From: Betaproteobacteria bacterium
GTDB taxonomy: Bacteria; Pseudomonadota; Gammaproteobacteria; Burkholderiales; SG8-39
Length of the DNA stretch: 64,000 nt
Reading direction: 5' to 3'
Assembly (NCBI GenBank): GCA_947476535.1
Contig: CANJRC010000008.1
Location: 845-64,844 of the forward strand
The notes below the pieces were generated by a model. It was not told the origin of the DNA. It did no database searches and saw nothing but the letters and a program-made list of their open reading frames with translations. Within the stretch, counting starts at the first letter, position 1, and each line of letters begins with the position of its first letter. The position numbers were made by a program, and so were the translations under genes. Positions 30,353 to 40,277 of the stretch are shown here, piece by piece.

Positions 30353-31396
30353 CTATACGGCTGGGCTTACATTCTTGGTCGATGTTGCCGGCGCTCTTCC
30401 AGCGAACACAGGCATCACGTCCTTCGCGAAACGGCGCAGATTCTCGCGTATCCCCCCGCCCGTCAGAAGGAGGTAGCGCACTCCCAGTTGCTCCAGACGC
30501 GAAATCTTGGCACAAATCTCGTCCGGCAATCCGTAGAGCGCACTTTCTTCGCTGGCCTGGCGTGTGTCGGAAAACGACAGGATGCTTGCCTTGTTGTCCC
30601 CCGTGGGCGTCTGGGAAATGGTGGTAAGCCGGCGCTGCGCCTTCAGGCGCCGCTCATGGGCCGCTTCCTTTTCCGCGCTGTTGTTCGCGACGTAGAAAGC
30701 CCGTGCGACGGCGACGGTGTCCGCATCGAACACGCGCCCCCGCTTCTCGACCTCGTTCCTGAAGAAGGCAAACTTCTCACCGATCGCCTCAATCGGCGTG
30801 AACTGATCGAGCAGCAAATTCGCGCCCAACTCCGCCACCCGGCGAATCGACGATTCACTGCCCGCCCCCATCCAGATCGGCGGATGCGGCCGCTGCATGA
30901 CACCAGGTTCGACGACGATGTCCTTGTAGCGCCAGTACTTGCCTTCGTGTGAAAAGCGATCCATCGACGTCCAGGCCTTCTTGATGACGGCGATAGACTC
31001 TTCGAACCGCGCATCCGCTTCCTCCATGGGAATGCAGAAGCCGTCGAACTCATTGTAGCGGTAGCCTTTGCCGACTCCGAAATCCAGCCGGCCATTGGTC
31101 AACAGATCCAGTGTTGCGGTTTGTTCCGCAATCAGCACCGGGTTGTGCCACGGCAGCACGAGCACCGCAGTTCCGAGCCGAAGGGTTGTCGTCTTGGCCC
31201 CCAGCCAAGTCAGGAAATTCAGGCTCGCAGATACTTGCCCGAAACCCGTGAAGTGGTGCTCGACCATGAAAGTCGAGTGGTAACCGAGTGCCTCGGCTTC
31301 GATGTTGTACTCGATGAATTCGTTATAGCCTTGCGCGCTATCGACATCCGGACCGACACGGGCGGCGGTGGCCCCGCCGAATAGACCGAACTTCAT
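30353..31396 (-). CDS. Luciferase-like (LLM) flavin-dependent oxidoreductase
   Basis: EHHF, LRLGTAVLVLPWHNP, LDLLTNGRLDFGVGKGY, PPIWMG. Confidence 0.9.
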   Translation of the reverse strand: MKFGLFGGATAARVGPDVDSAQGYNEFIEYNIEAEALGYHSTFMVEHHFTGFGQVSASLNFLTWLGAKTTTLRLGTAVLVLPWHNPVLIAEQTATLDLLTNGRLDFGVGKGYRYNEFDGFCIPMEEADARFEESIAVIKKAWTSMDRFSHEGKYWRYKDIVVEPGVMQRPHPPIWMGAGSESSIRRVAELGANLLLDQFTPIEAIGEKFAFFRNEVEKRGRVFDADTVAVARAFYVANNSAEKEAAHERRLKAQRRLTTISQTPTGDNKASILSFSDTRQASEESALYGLPDEICAKISRLEQLGVRYLLLTGGGIRENLRRFAKDVMPVFAGRAPATSTKNVSPAV

Positions 31397-31703
31397 GTGC
31401 TGCCTCCTGGAGACTTAGAGCCGGTGCCGAACCAGTCCGACTGCGGCGAAATCCGCTCATGCAAGAAAATTCTACTGGAGCAAGGCGCTGAGTAGAGCAA
31501 CGAATTGGAAATGCAGTGGTTCCGAAAATTCTGCAATTTGGCCGCACACGCCAAAGGTGGTCGTTCATAATTCGTTGCGTAAGGCGGTGATGCTTTATCA
31601 GGCGTCAACATTGCGGACGGCCACACATAAGGGGCCGGCATCGTTGGCGATCAAGGGCAGCGCCCCAATGCCGAAAGACATTCGCTACAAGGAATCAGAA
31701 GCA

Positions 31704-32861
31704 ATGGAATACAAACATCGATTCAGAAGCGGCATTTTTCTTCCACCTCACCACCCGATTGAAGAAAACACGACGCTCGCCATCCAGCGAGACCTGGAGT
31801 TGATCGATTTTCTGGACGCTATTGGGTATGACGAGGCCTGGGTGGGAGAGCATCATTCAGGCGGCTACGAGATCATCGGTTCACCAGAAATATTCATTGC
31901 CGCGGCCGCCGAGCGCACGCGCCGGATCATGTTGGGTACCGGCGTCGTCTCTCTTCCCTACCATCACCCGTTCTTGGTCGCTGATCGCATGCTTCAGCTG
32001 GACCACCAGACCAAGGGGCGCGTTCTGTTCGGCGTCGGCCCGGGGCTGCTTGCGTCTGATTCGAAAATGCTCGGTCTTTCGACCGACAAGGCACGCGAGA
32101 GAATGGAAGAGGCCGTTGAGGTCATCCTGAAGCTCTTCGCCGGCGAGACAGTCACCAGGAAGAGCGATTGGTTTACTCTTCAGGATGGCAAGCTCCAGCT
32201 CCAACCCTACACCCGGCCGTGGCCGCACATCGCGGTGGCCAGCGCACGCACGCCGTCAGGTGCCGTCCTGGCAGGTCGCCTGGGGCTCGGCATATTGTGC
32301 GTGGCTGCCTCCAGCGGAGCCGGCTACGACGTGCTCGACGTCAACTGGGGCATCGCCCAGAAGCATGCCGCCGAAAACGGTCACGAGATGAGTCGGGAGA
32401 ATTTCCGCATCGTCGCCCCCTTCCACATCGCGGAAGACCGCGACAAGGCGCGCGCCAACGTGCGCTGGGGTTTCGACAAGTGGCAGGACTATGCGCTCGC
32501 CGTCAATCCGAATGGAGGCTTTTTTGGAATGGGCGGACTGGACGATGCCGTCAAGAACGGCCGCGCCGTGGTCGGGACTCCGGATGACGCAGTCGAGTTT
32601 CTCGAACGCTACTGGAACAAGACTGGTGGCTTCGGCTGCATGCTTCAGATGGCGCACAACTGGGCACCGTTCGAAGAGACAAAGAAATCCTACGAACTCT
32701 ACCTGCGTTACGTTGTTCCGAAGTTCGAGGCCCGAAACCGGGCCCGACAACAGTCATTTGACTGGCTTAAAGACAACAGCGCCGAGTTTAGTGGCGCGCG
32801 TGACGCAGCATCCAAGAAGGCAATCCAGAAGTACGAGGACAAGATGCCTGGAAAAAAGTAG
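31704..32861 (+). CDS. Luciferase-like flavin-dependent monooxygenase (limonene 1,2-monooxygenase-like)
   Basis: Paralog of 20341..21516: GIFLPPHHP, GEHHSGGYEIIGSPEIFIA, LGTGVVSLPYHHP. Confidence 0.88.
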   Translation: MEYKHRFRSGIFLPPHHPIEENTTLAIQRDLELIDFLDAIGYDEAWVGEHHSGGYEIIGSPEIFIAAAAERTRRIMLGTGVVSLPYHHPFLVADRMLQLDHQTKGRVLFGVGPGLLASDSKMLGLSTDKARERMEEAVEVILKLFAGETVTRKSDWFTLQDGKLQLQPYTRPWPHIAVASARTPSGAVLAGRLGLGILCVAASSGAGYDVLDVNWGIAQKHAAENGHEMSRENFRIVAPFHIAEDRDKARANVRWGFDKWQDYALAVNPNGGFFGMGGLDDAVKNGRAVVGTPDDAVEFLERYWNKTGGFGCMLQMAHNWAPFEETKKSYELYLRYVVPKFEARNRARQQSFDWLKDNSAEFSGARDAASKKAIQKYEDKMPGKK

Positions 32862-32975
32862 TCAGGTAAGCCGCATATATTAATAGATAAGACCGGCTTG
32901 CCGCACTGTTGAGGAGTAGCAGTCTCCAAAATACCCGGGGATTGAATTCACTGAAGGCCCGACAAGGAGAAGTGG

Positions 32976-33476
32976 ATGATTCGTTTTTCCCAGCTTGCGA
33001 AAAACGACCGTGAATTGCGGGATGCTTATGGCAGATTCCCTAGCGGCGTCACGGCACTGGCCGCACTCGTCAATGGAGTCCCGGTTGGAATGACTGCCAG
33101 CGCGTTTGTACCCGTTTCACTCAGCCCGCCACTGGTGTCGGTATGCATGCAAAGCAGTTCATCCACTTGGCCGCGACTAAAGTCGGCCGGACGCATTGGA
33201 ATAAGTTTTCTCGGGCAGAATCACGACATCGTGGCGCGACAGCTTGCCGCAAAGACTGGCGACCGATTCGCCGGAATTGCCTGGGACTCCGCGGATGATG
33301 GTGCCATCTTCATGGAAGGTGCGACTGCTTGGCTTGATTGCACGGTGGAGAGCGAGATCACTGCCGGTGACCATGAAATCGTGCTTTTCCGCGTTCATCA
33401 CCTCACGACTCACCAGCACGTCAACCCTTTGGTTTTCCACGGCAGCAAGTTCCACCAATTGCAGCCAATCCTGTAA
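32976..33476 (+). CDS. Flavin reductase (HpaC/RutF-like)
   Basis: FPSGVTA, GMTASAF, VSLSPPLV, AGDHEI, PLVF; directly after an LLM monooxygenase. Confidence 0.92.
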   Translation: MIRFSQLAKNDRELRDAYGRFPSGVTALAALVNGVPVGMTASAFVPVSLSPPLVSVCMQSSSSTWPRLKSAGRIGISFLGQNHDIVARQLAAKTGDRFAGIAWDSADDGAIFMEGATAWLDCTVESEITAGDHEIVLFRVHHLTTHQHVNPLVFHGSKFHQLQPIL

Positions 33477-33493
33477 TTGGCGCAGGCTTCCAG

Positions 33494-34114
33494 ATGATCA
33501 TCGAGATGCTGCAATACCACTTGAAACCCCGACGCATTGGGCTGGTTGAGCAATTATTTTCGGAAAGTATCACGGAACGCGCCAAGATTTCACCTCTGGG
33601 GGGATGCTGGCGCGTTGATGTCGGAACGCTGAACCAGATGATCCAAGTCTGGCCGTATGAGGATATCGCGGCTAGGGACAAAGCCAATGCGGCTGCAGCC
33701 AATCTTGCCAACTGGCCACCGGACATCGGCAAGCATCTGGTGGATTGCGAGAGCAAGATAGTGGTGCCGGCCCCGTTCTCGCCGCCCATGGACGCGCGCA
33801 ATCTTGGCAGCGTCTATGAAATGCGCGTCTACACCTACACCGAGGCTGCCATTCCAATCGTCATAGAGCGCTGGCAGGAGAAACTGGAAAAACGGTTGAA
33901 ACTCTCGCCGCTCGTTGGCGCCTGGTATTCGGCGTCCGGCAAGGAAAGGGACTGGATCCACGTCTGGGCATATCGCGATGCGCTGGAACGGGAGAGAATT
34001 CGAAAACAAGCCCTGGCCGACCGGATTTGGCCACCTGAAACACATGACGAGAACATGATGATCCGGCAGCACAGCATGCTGCTCACCGCAGCAGCATTCT
34101 CGCCACTGAGATAG
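33494..34114 (+). CDS. NIPSNAP-family protein
   Basis: Two NIPSNAP-like halves (GTLNQMIQVWPYED; YEMRVYTY...HVWAYRD), ending FSPLR. Confidence 0.85.
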   Translation: MIIEMLQYHLKPRRIGLVEQLFSESITERAKISPLGGCWRVDVGTLNQMIQVWPYEDIAARDKANAAAANLANWPPDIGKHLVDCESKIVVPAPFSPPMDARNLGSVYEMRVYTYTEAAIPIVIERWQEKLEKRLKLSPLVGAWYSASGKERDWIHVWAYRDALERERIRKQALADRIWPPETHDENMMIRQHSMLLTAAAFSPLR

Positions 34115-34124
34115 GGAGTTTGCA

Positions 34125-34676
34125 TTGCCACGATTGCCCTTGGTCGACCCGAAGATGCTGACGCCTGCCCAAGCCGACGTTTACAAGGCTATCGCCAGCG
34201 GCCCGAGAGGACGCGTCGGCGGCCCTTTTGCAGTGCTGTTGCACAGCCCCGGCCTCGCGCAATGGGTCGAAAAAGTGGGCGCGTACCTGCGTTACGAATC
34301 ACAACTCCCGGCCCGTCTTCGGGAACTGGCAATCACCGTAGTTGCAGCGCATTGGAAGGCCGATACAGAATGGAATACCCATGCACCGCTGGCGCTGAAG
34401 CACGGCGTGCCGACTGACGTCATGGACGACATCGGAAAGAACCTTCCACCGCGCTTTTCCGACGAAGCTGATTGCGTCGCGTACAACTATGCACGGGAGC
34501 TGCTTGCCAGCTCAAATCCGTCAGACGCCACATTTCAAGCTGCGCACCGGCTTCTGGGCAACGAAGGCATTGTTGACCTTACTGGTGTAGTTGGCTATTA
34601 CTCCATGCTTGCGATGATGCTGAACTCAGCCCAGGTTCGCCCCGCAAACGCGAATATTCCATGGCGCACAGACTGA
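34125..34676 (+). CDS. Carboxymuconolactone decarboxylase-family protein
   Basis: GPFAVLLHSP, LRELAI, EWNTH, DLTGVVGYY. Confidence 0.85.
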   Translation: MPRLPLVDPKMLTPAQADVYKAIASGPRGRVGGPFAVLLHSPGLAQWVEKVGAYLRYESQLPARLRELAITVVAAHWKADTEWNTHAPLALKHGVPTDVMDDIGKNLPPRFSDEADCVAYNYARELLASSNPSDATFQAAHRLLGNEGIVDLTGVVGYYSMLAMMLNSAQVRPANANIPWRTD

Positions 34677-34766
34677 GTGAGGCGATTTCGCAAGCCGTCA
34701 TGCTGGAAGCTTGGGAAACCGCGTAATCCATCTTCTCATTAGAACCACAGCCATTCGAGGCAAGTC

Positions 34767-35426
34767 ATGTCGCAAGCAGACTGGAAACCACTGACCCGCA
34801 AGGAAATGGCCGCCCGCGCCGCCGCGGATATCCCGGAAGGCTGGTATGTCAATCTAGGAATAGGCATGCCGACGCTAGTCGCCGACAACGTTCCTGCCGG
34901 CCGGGAGGTGATTTTTCACTCCGAGAACGGCATCCTCGGAATGGGCCCTTCTCCCGCGACCGAACAAATCAACCCTTGGTTGGTAAACGCGGGAAAGAAG
35001 TATGTCACCGTATTGCCGGGCGGGTCCTTCTTTCATCATGCTGACAGTTTCGCGCTCATACGTGGCGGTCACCTCGACCTGTGCGTGCTTGGCGCATTCG
35101 AGGTCGCCGAGAATGGCGATATCGCCAACTGGGCGACCTCCGATGAAGACGACGCACCCGCGGTCGGAGGTGCGATGGATCTTGCGGTCGGGGCGAAACG
35201 GCTGTGGGTCTTGATGGATCACATCACCAAGGAAGGAAAACCGAAACTTGTCGAGCGGTGCAGTTACCCTTTGACGGCATTGGGTGCCGTCAAGCGCATC
35301 TACACGAACATGGCGGTGATCGACGTCACGTCCAAGGGCTTCTCGGTCATAGACATGGTGCCCGGACTGACGCTACATGCGCTGCAACAACTGACTGCCG
35401 CACCATTGGAGATGGCTACGCGCTGA
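34767..35426 (+). CDS. 3-oxoacid CoA-transferase subunit B (PcaJ/ScoB-like)
   Basis: VNLGIGMPT, HSENG (catalytic Glu), RGGHLD, GGAMDL. Confidence 0.92.
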   Translation: MSQADWKPLTRKEMAARAAADIPEGWYVNLGIGMPTLVADNVPAGREVIFHSENGILGMGPSPATEQINPWLVNAGKKYVTVLPGGSFFHHADSFALIRGGHLDLCVLGAFEVAENGDIANWATSDEDDAPAVGGAMDLAVGAKRLWVLMDHITKEGKPKLVERCSYPLTALGAVKRIYTNMAVIDVTSKGFSVIDMVPGLTLHALQQLTAAPLEMATR

Positions 35427-35576
35427 CAATCGACCCGAGCCTCCGGGTGCCACTCGGATCCGCAACGCCACAATTGAACGCCCGGCACATGAATGGAGAC
35501 ACCGCCCTAGAGGGCACCGGCTTCATCATCCTAGCTGCCAAGCTCACTTGATCGCCTCGCCCCACAGGAAGAAACA

Positions 35577-36932
35577 TTGAACATCGTCGAACAGTATGCA
35601 GCATTCGCTATCAGCTACCGCTCGCAAACGATCGGCGCGGACGTCATGCACCACGCCAAGCGTGCGGTCATAGACTGGTTTGCCGCACTTCTACCGGGCG
35701 CCGTCATTGCGCCAGCCACGCTGCTGGAAAAGGCGCTCTCGGACGAACTCGGGCGCGGCAAGGCGCGCCTCGCACTTGGCGGCGCAGCTTCTGCGCGCCT
35801 TGCGGCACTGATCAATGGCAGCGCCGCCCATACGGTTGAAGTCGACGACATCTTTCGCGATGGTATTTACCATCCCGGCGCACCAACCATCGCCGCCGCG
35901 CTTGCCTTGGCACAGGCACGCGGGTGCTCCGGCGCAGACTTCCTGCGCGCTGTCATCATCGGCTACGAGATCTCTACCCGCATCGGCGCGGCGATGGGGC
36001 GCAACCATTACCGCTACTTTCACAACACGGGAACCATCGGCTGTTTTGGGGCCGCCGCCGCCGCTGCCGAGTTGCTCAACCTTGATGCCATGCGCTTCGC
36101 CCATGCACTTGCGACCGTGGCAACTTTTTCTGCAGCACTCCAGCAAGCCTTTCGCATGGACTCCATGTCCAAGCCCCTGCACGCTGGCCGCGCCGCAGAA
36201 GCTGGCGTACTCGCCGCCCTCGCCGCTGCCGAAGGCGTCACCGGGTCGCTTGACGTACTCGAAGGCGCCTCCGGATACGGCAACGCCCTGTCGCACGGCA
36301 ACCAGGGGCCGAACTGGAGCAAATCGCTTGCCACCCTTGGCCGAGAATTCCATATCACCCAAATGACGTTCAAGAACCACGCCTGCTGCGGACACACATT
36401 TGCCGCCATCGATGGCGCATTGGCGCTCAAGGCAAGCATGGGCATCCGCGCAAACGACATCAAGCGCATTCGAGTCAGCGCCTACCGCGCCACGCTGGAG
36501 GTTGCAGGAATTGAAAACCCAAGGACGCCTGCGGAGGGGCGTTTCTCGGTCAAGTACTGCGTCGCAACTGCACTGACCCACGGCAGCGTGCGCCTTGCGG
36601 CCTTCGAAACCGAGCGCATGAACGACCCCGAGACCCGTGACCTGGCCGAAAGAACCGAGCTTGTCGTCTGCCCGGAGATCGATGCGACATTCCCCGGTCA
36701 GCGCGCGGCGCGCGTGCAGCTGGAAACCTACGATGGCCGCGTGGAGGAGCGATTTCAGCCGACACGCAAAGGCGACCCGGATGCACCGTTGAGCGACCGC
36801 GAACTCGAGGAAAAATACACCGAGCTTGCCACCCCCGTGCTTGGCAGCGCGCCGGCGCAGACGTTGCTCGCGCGCCTGTGGGCGCTTGACTCCCAGCGCG
36901 ACCTTACTATCCTCACTGCGCCCCAATCATGA
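35577..36932 (+). CDS. MmgE/PrpD family protein
   Basis: AALINGSAAHTVEVDD, YHPGAP, KPLHAG, FKNHACC, KGDP. Confidence 0.9.
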   Translation: MNIVEQYAAFAISYRSQTIGADVMHHAKRAVIDWFAALLPGAVIAPATLLEKALSDELGRGKARLALGGAASARLAALINGSAAHTVEVDDIFRDGIYHPGAPTIAAALALAQARGCSGADFLRAVIIGYEISTRIGAAMGRNHYRYFHNTGTIGCFGAAAAAAELLNLDAMRFAHALATVATFSAALQQAFRMDSMSKPLHAGRAAEAGVLAALAAAEGVTGSLDVLEGASGYGNALSHGNQGPNWSKSLATLGREFHITQMTFKNHACCGHTFAAIDGALALKASMGIRANDIKRIRVSAYRATLEVAGIENPRTPAEGRFSVKYCVATALTHGSVRLAAFETERMNDPETRDLAERTELVVCPEIDATFPGQRAARVQLETYDGRVEERFQPTRKGDPDAPLSDRELEEKYTELATPVLGSAPAQTLLARLWALDSQRDLTILTAPQS

Positions 36933-39025
36933 ACACAGAACTTGCACGCTGCCTGTTTGCACCGCGCACCGTGGCCCTGGTGGGCGCCTCGGGTGACGAA
37001 TCGAAAAACACAGCGCGCCCGCAGCGCTTCCTGAAAAAGCACGGCTATGCTGGCACTGTAGTGCCGATCAATCCCACGCGTAATGAAATATTCGGTGTCA
37101 AGGCCTACCCGACACTGGCCGCCGCCCACGCTGCGCTGGGCGCCATCGACCATGCCTACGTGATGGCCCCAGGCGACGCGGTCGAGCAAGCAGTCATCGA
37201 CTGCGGCGCCTGCCGCATCCCAGTCGTTTCCATCTTCAGTGACGGTTTTTCGGAAGTGGGCCCCACTGGCGCGGCACGCCAGGCCCGCCTGCTCGAAAGC
37301 GCCCGCGCGGCCGGGGTGCGTCTGCTGGGCCCCAACAGCATGGGGGTGATTGACGTGCCAGGCCGGGTTGCCATCACGGTCAATGCAGTGCTCGAGGGAG
37401 AAATACCCCCTTCTGGCAACACCAGCGTAATTTCGCAAAGCGGCACCATGCTTGGAACCCTGCTCTCGCGTGGGGCCGCGCGTGGAATAGGCTTCGCCAA
37501 GCTGGTGGCGGTCGGCAACGAGTCGGATCTGGGCGTTGGTGAGCTCATGGACCTGCTGGTTGAGGACCCCGACACGCAAGTCATTGCGCTGTTCCTGGAA
37601 ACGGTGCGCGATGCCGAACGGGTCGCCCGCGCCGCACGTCGCGCCCATGCCGCAGGCAAGCCCATAGTCACCTACAAGCTCGGACGATCAGAGTTGGGCG
37701 AGGCGATGGCACGTTCGCACACCGGCGCCTTGGCGGGCGCGGATGCAGCAGTGGACGCCTTTTTGCGCGACTGCGGCATCGTGCGCGTGGACATGCTTGA
37801 AACCTTGCTCGAGATCGGCCCCCTGTTGCGCGGACGGGCACCTACACGGCTTGCGCGCAAGCCACGCGTGGCTGTGGTCACGACAACCGGTGGTGGTGCG
37901 GCCAGCGTGGTTGATCGGCTGGGACTGTTGGGCATGGAGGCGATGAGTCCGTCAGCTGGTTTGAAAGCTGAATTGGGTGCCCATGGCGTGCGCGTATCTG
38001 ACTCGCCTATCCTTGACCTGACCATGGCCGGTTCGGCCAAAACCTACGGTGCAGTGCTGGATTCGCTCCTAGCCGCCCCGGATTGTGATGCTGTACTGGC
38101 GGTCGTCGGCTCGTCGGCACAATTCCACCCCCAGATTGCGGTTGACCCCATACTCCGTTCCACGCGTGGCGCCAAACCGCTTGCGGCGTTCCTGACGCCG
38201 CAAGCAGACCGTTCGCTCGCACTGCTCGCGCAGGCGGGCATCGCGGCGTTTCGCACGCCTGAAGCCTGCGCCGACGCGCTGGCCAGTTTTTTCCGCTGGC
38301 GCGCACCGCGGCCCATTGCAGCCCCCTCGGCAGTACCTACTGGGGCGCGACTTCCGGCAACCGCCACGCCGGATGAAGCCGACGCACTCGCGCTGTTCGC
38401 ATCGCTAGGGGTTCCGGTAGTACGCTCGGCCAGCGCAGTTGCGCCGGAGTTTGCGCATGACGTGCCCTACCCGGTAGTCGCCAAGGTGCGCTCGAAAGAC
38501 ATTGCCCACAAGACTGAAGCCGGCGGCGTGCTGCTCGGCATCGCCAATCGCGCCGAATTCTCCGCCCGTGTGCCAGCCATGCTGGCCGCCGTCGCCAGCG
38601 TGCAGCCGCAGGCGCAGATCGCCGGCGTGCTGGTGCAACACATGGAAAAAGGCCTGGCCGAAGTGATCATCGGCTATCGCCGTGACCCGCTGGTGGGACC
38701 GGTAGTCATGGTTGGTGCCGGTGGCACGCTGGCCGAGATCTATCAGGACACGAGCTTGCGCCTTGCGCCAGTGAGCGAAGTAGACGCGCTGGAAATGATC
38801 GGCGAAGTGCGCGGTCTTGCGCCGATTCGCGGCTATCGCAAGATGCCGCAGGGCGATATTGCCGCATTGTCTCGTGCAATCGCAGCCTTTTCCAGGCTCG
38901 CCCTGATCCCTGGCCTACCCATTGCAGAAGCGGAAATCAACCCGCTCATCGTCAAGCGTGAAGGGGTGGTCGCGGTCGATGGTCTGATCGTAATGGGGCA
39001 TCCCCACGAGACCGACCTGCGATGA
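36929..39025 (+). CDS. Acyl-CoA synthetase (NDP-forming), acetate-CoA ligase family
   Basis: ALVGAS, LLGPNSMG, ISQSG, GNESD, SHTGALAG (phospho-His), HKTEAGGV, EINPL. Confidence 0.92.
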   Translation: MNTELARCLFAPRTVALVGASGDESKNTARPQRFLKKHGYAGTVVPINPTRNEIFGVKAYPTLAAAHAALGAIDHAYVMAPGDAVEQAVIDCGACRIPVVSIFSDGFSEVGPTGAARQARLLESARAAGVRLLGPNSMGVIDVPGRVAITVNAVLEGEIPPSGNTSVISQSGTMLGTLLSRGAARGIGFAKLVAVGNESDLGVGELMDLLVEDPDTQVIALFLETVRDAERVARAARRAHAAGKPIVTYKLGRSELGEAMARSHTGALAGADAAVDAFLRDCGIVRVDMLETLLEIGPLLRGRAPTRLARKPRVAVVTTTGGGAASVVDRLGLLGMEAMSPSAGLKAELGAHGVRVSDSPILDLTMAGSAKTYGAVLDSLLAAPDCDAVLAVVGSSAQFHPQIAVDPILRSTRGAKPLAAFLTPQADRSLALLAQAGIAAFRTPEACADALASFFRWRAPRPIAAPSAVPTGARLPATATPDEADALALFASLGVPVVRSASAVAPEFAHDVPYPVVAKVRSKDIAHKTEAGGVLLGIANRAEFSARVPAMLAAVASVQPQAQIAGVLVQHMEKGLAEVIIGYRRDPLVGPVVMVGAGGTLAEIYQDTSLRLAPVSEVDALEMIGEVRGLAPIRGYRKMPQGDIAALSRAIAAFSRLALIPGLPIAEAEINPLIVKREGVVAVDGLIVMGHPHETDLR

Positions 39026-39089
39026 ATACCGGACGGACAAATACGCCTGCCCCGGACCACCGTGGAACAGGTATGACAAAGGAGGGGCC

Positions 39090-40235
39090 GTGAATTTTCT
39101 GCTTACCGAAGACCAGCAAGCTTTTCGAACGAGCGTCTTGCGCCTGTCGGACAAGCACCTGAGAGCGGGTGCACGCGACCGTGCCCACGCGCTTGACTAC
39201 CCTTGGGACGTCGCGCGTTTGTTTGCAGCCAACGGACTCCTGGGCATCACTATCAGCGAGAAGGATGGCGGGCAGGGCGGCTCGCTCATGGATGCCGTGA
39301 TGGCGATCGAGGCGGTAGCGTCAGTGTGCCCGCGCAGCGCGGACGTGATCCAGGCCGGCAGTTTCGGGCCGATTCGCGTGTTTGCCGAATACGGCACGCC
39401 CCAGCAAAAGGAGCGTTACCTCAAGAAGATCCTGGCAGGCGAGGCAGTCATTTCTGTCGGGATGACCGAACCCGAAGCCGGGTCCGCCGTCACCGACCTC
39501 GCCACCAGCGCCACACCCGACGGCGATGGCTATCGCGTCAACGGAACCAAGGTGTTCTCCACGCACTCGATCTATGCCGACGTACTCCTTGTCTATGTGC
39601 GTTTCGGCCCGGGAGTGGGCGGCATCGGCTCGGTGTTGATCGACACCAAGGCCGAAGGGGTTCGCTTCGGCAAGCACTCCTCGTTCATGTCAGGCGAGGA
39701 GTGGGCGCAGATCTATTTCGACAATGTCCGAGTACCGCCCGAGATGGTGGTCCTCAAGGAAGGCGGCTTCAAGAAGCAGATTGCAGGCTTCAATGTGGAG
39801 CGCATCGGCAACACCGCGCGCTCGCTCGCGCTGGGGCGCTACGCGTACGAGGAAGCACGCCAGTGGGCCCTGCAGCGCAAGCAGTTCGGGCGCCTCTTGT
39901 GCGAATTCCAGGGCCTGCAATGGAAGTTCGCAGACATGAAGATGAAGCTCGATGCCGGCCAGCTCCTGCTCTACCGCGCCGCCTGCAACGCGGACAACGG
40001 CTTCCCATCCGCGGAGGAAACCTCCATCGCCAAGGCGTATTGCAATCAGGCGGGCTTCGAAATCGCAAACGAAGCGATACAGGTGATGGGGGCCCTGGGC
40101 TACAGCCAGGAATCACTGGTGGAATACTGCATGCGGCGCTGCCGCGGCTGGATGATTGCCGGCGGCTCGGTCGAAATCCTCAAGAACCGTATCGCCGAGG
40201 GGGTGTTCGAGCGCTCGTTTTCACAGCGGCCATGA
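39090..40235 (+). CDS. Acyl-CoA dehydrogenase
   Basis: MTEPEAGS, NGTKVF, RKQFG, QWKFADM, QVMGALGY, IAGGSVEI. Confidence 0.92.
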   Translation: MNFLLTEDQQAFRTSVLRLSDKHLRAGARDRAHALDYPWDVARLFAANGLLGITISEKDGGQGGSLMDAVMAIEAVASVCPRSADVIQAGSFGPIRVFAEYGTPQQKERYLKKILAGEAVISVGMTEPEAGSAVTDLATSATPDGDGYRVNGTKVFSTHSIYADVLLVYVRFGPGVGGIGSVLIDTKAEGVRFGKHSSFMSGEEWAQIYFDNVRVPPEMVVLKEGGFKKQIAGFNVERIGNTARSLALGRYAYEEARQWALQRKQFGRLLCEFQGLQWKFADMKMKLDAGQLLLYRAACNADNGFPSAEETSIAKAYCNQAGFEIANEAIQVMGALGYSQESLVEYCMRRCRGWMIAGGSVEILKNRIAEGVFERSFSQRP

Positions 40236-40277
40236 GCTGGAACTGAATATCTGCAAACAACCGGGAGCAATGTAACG

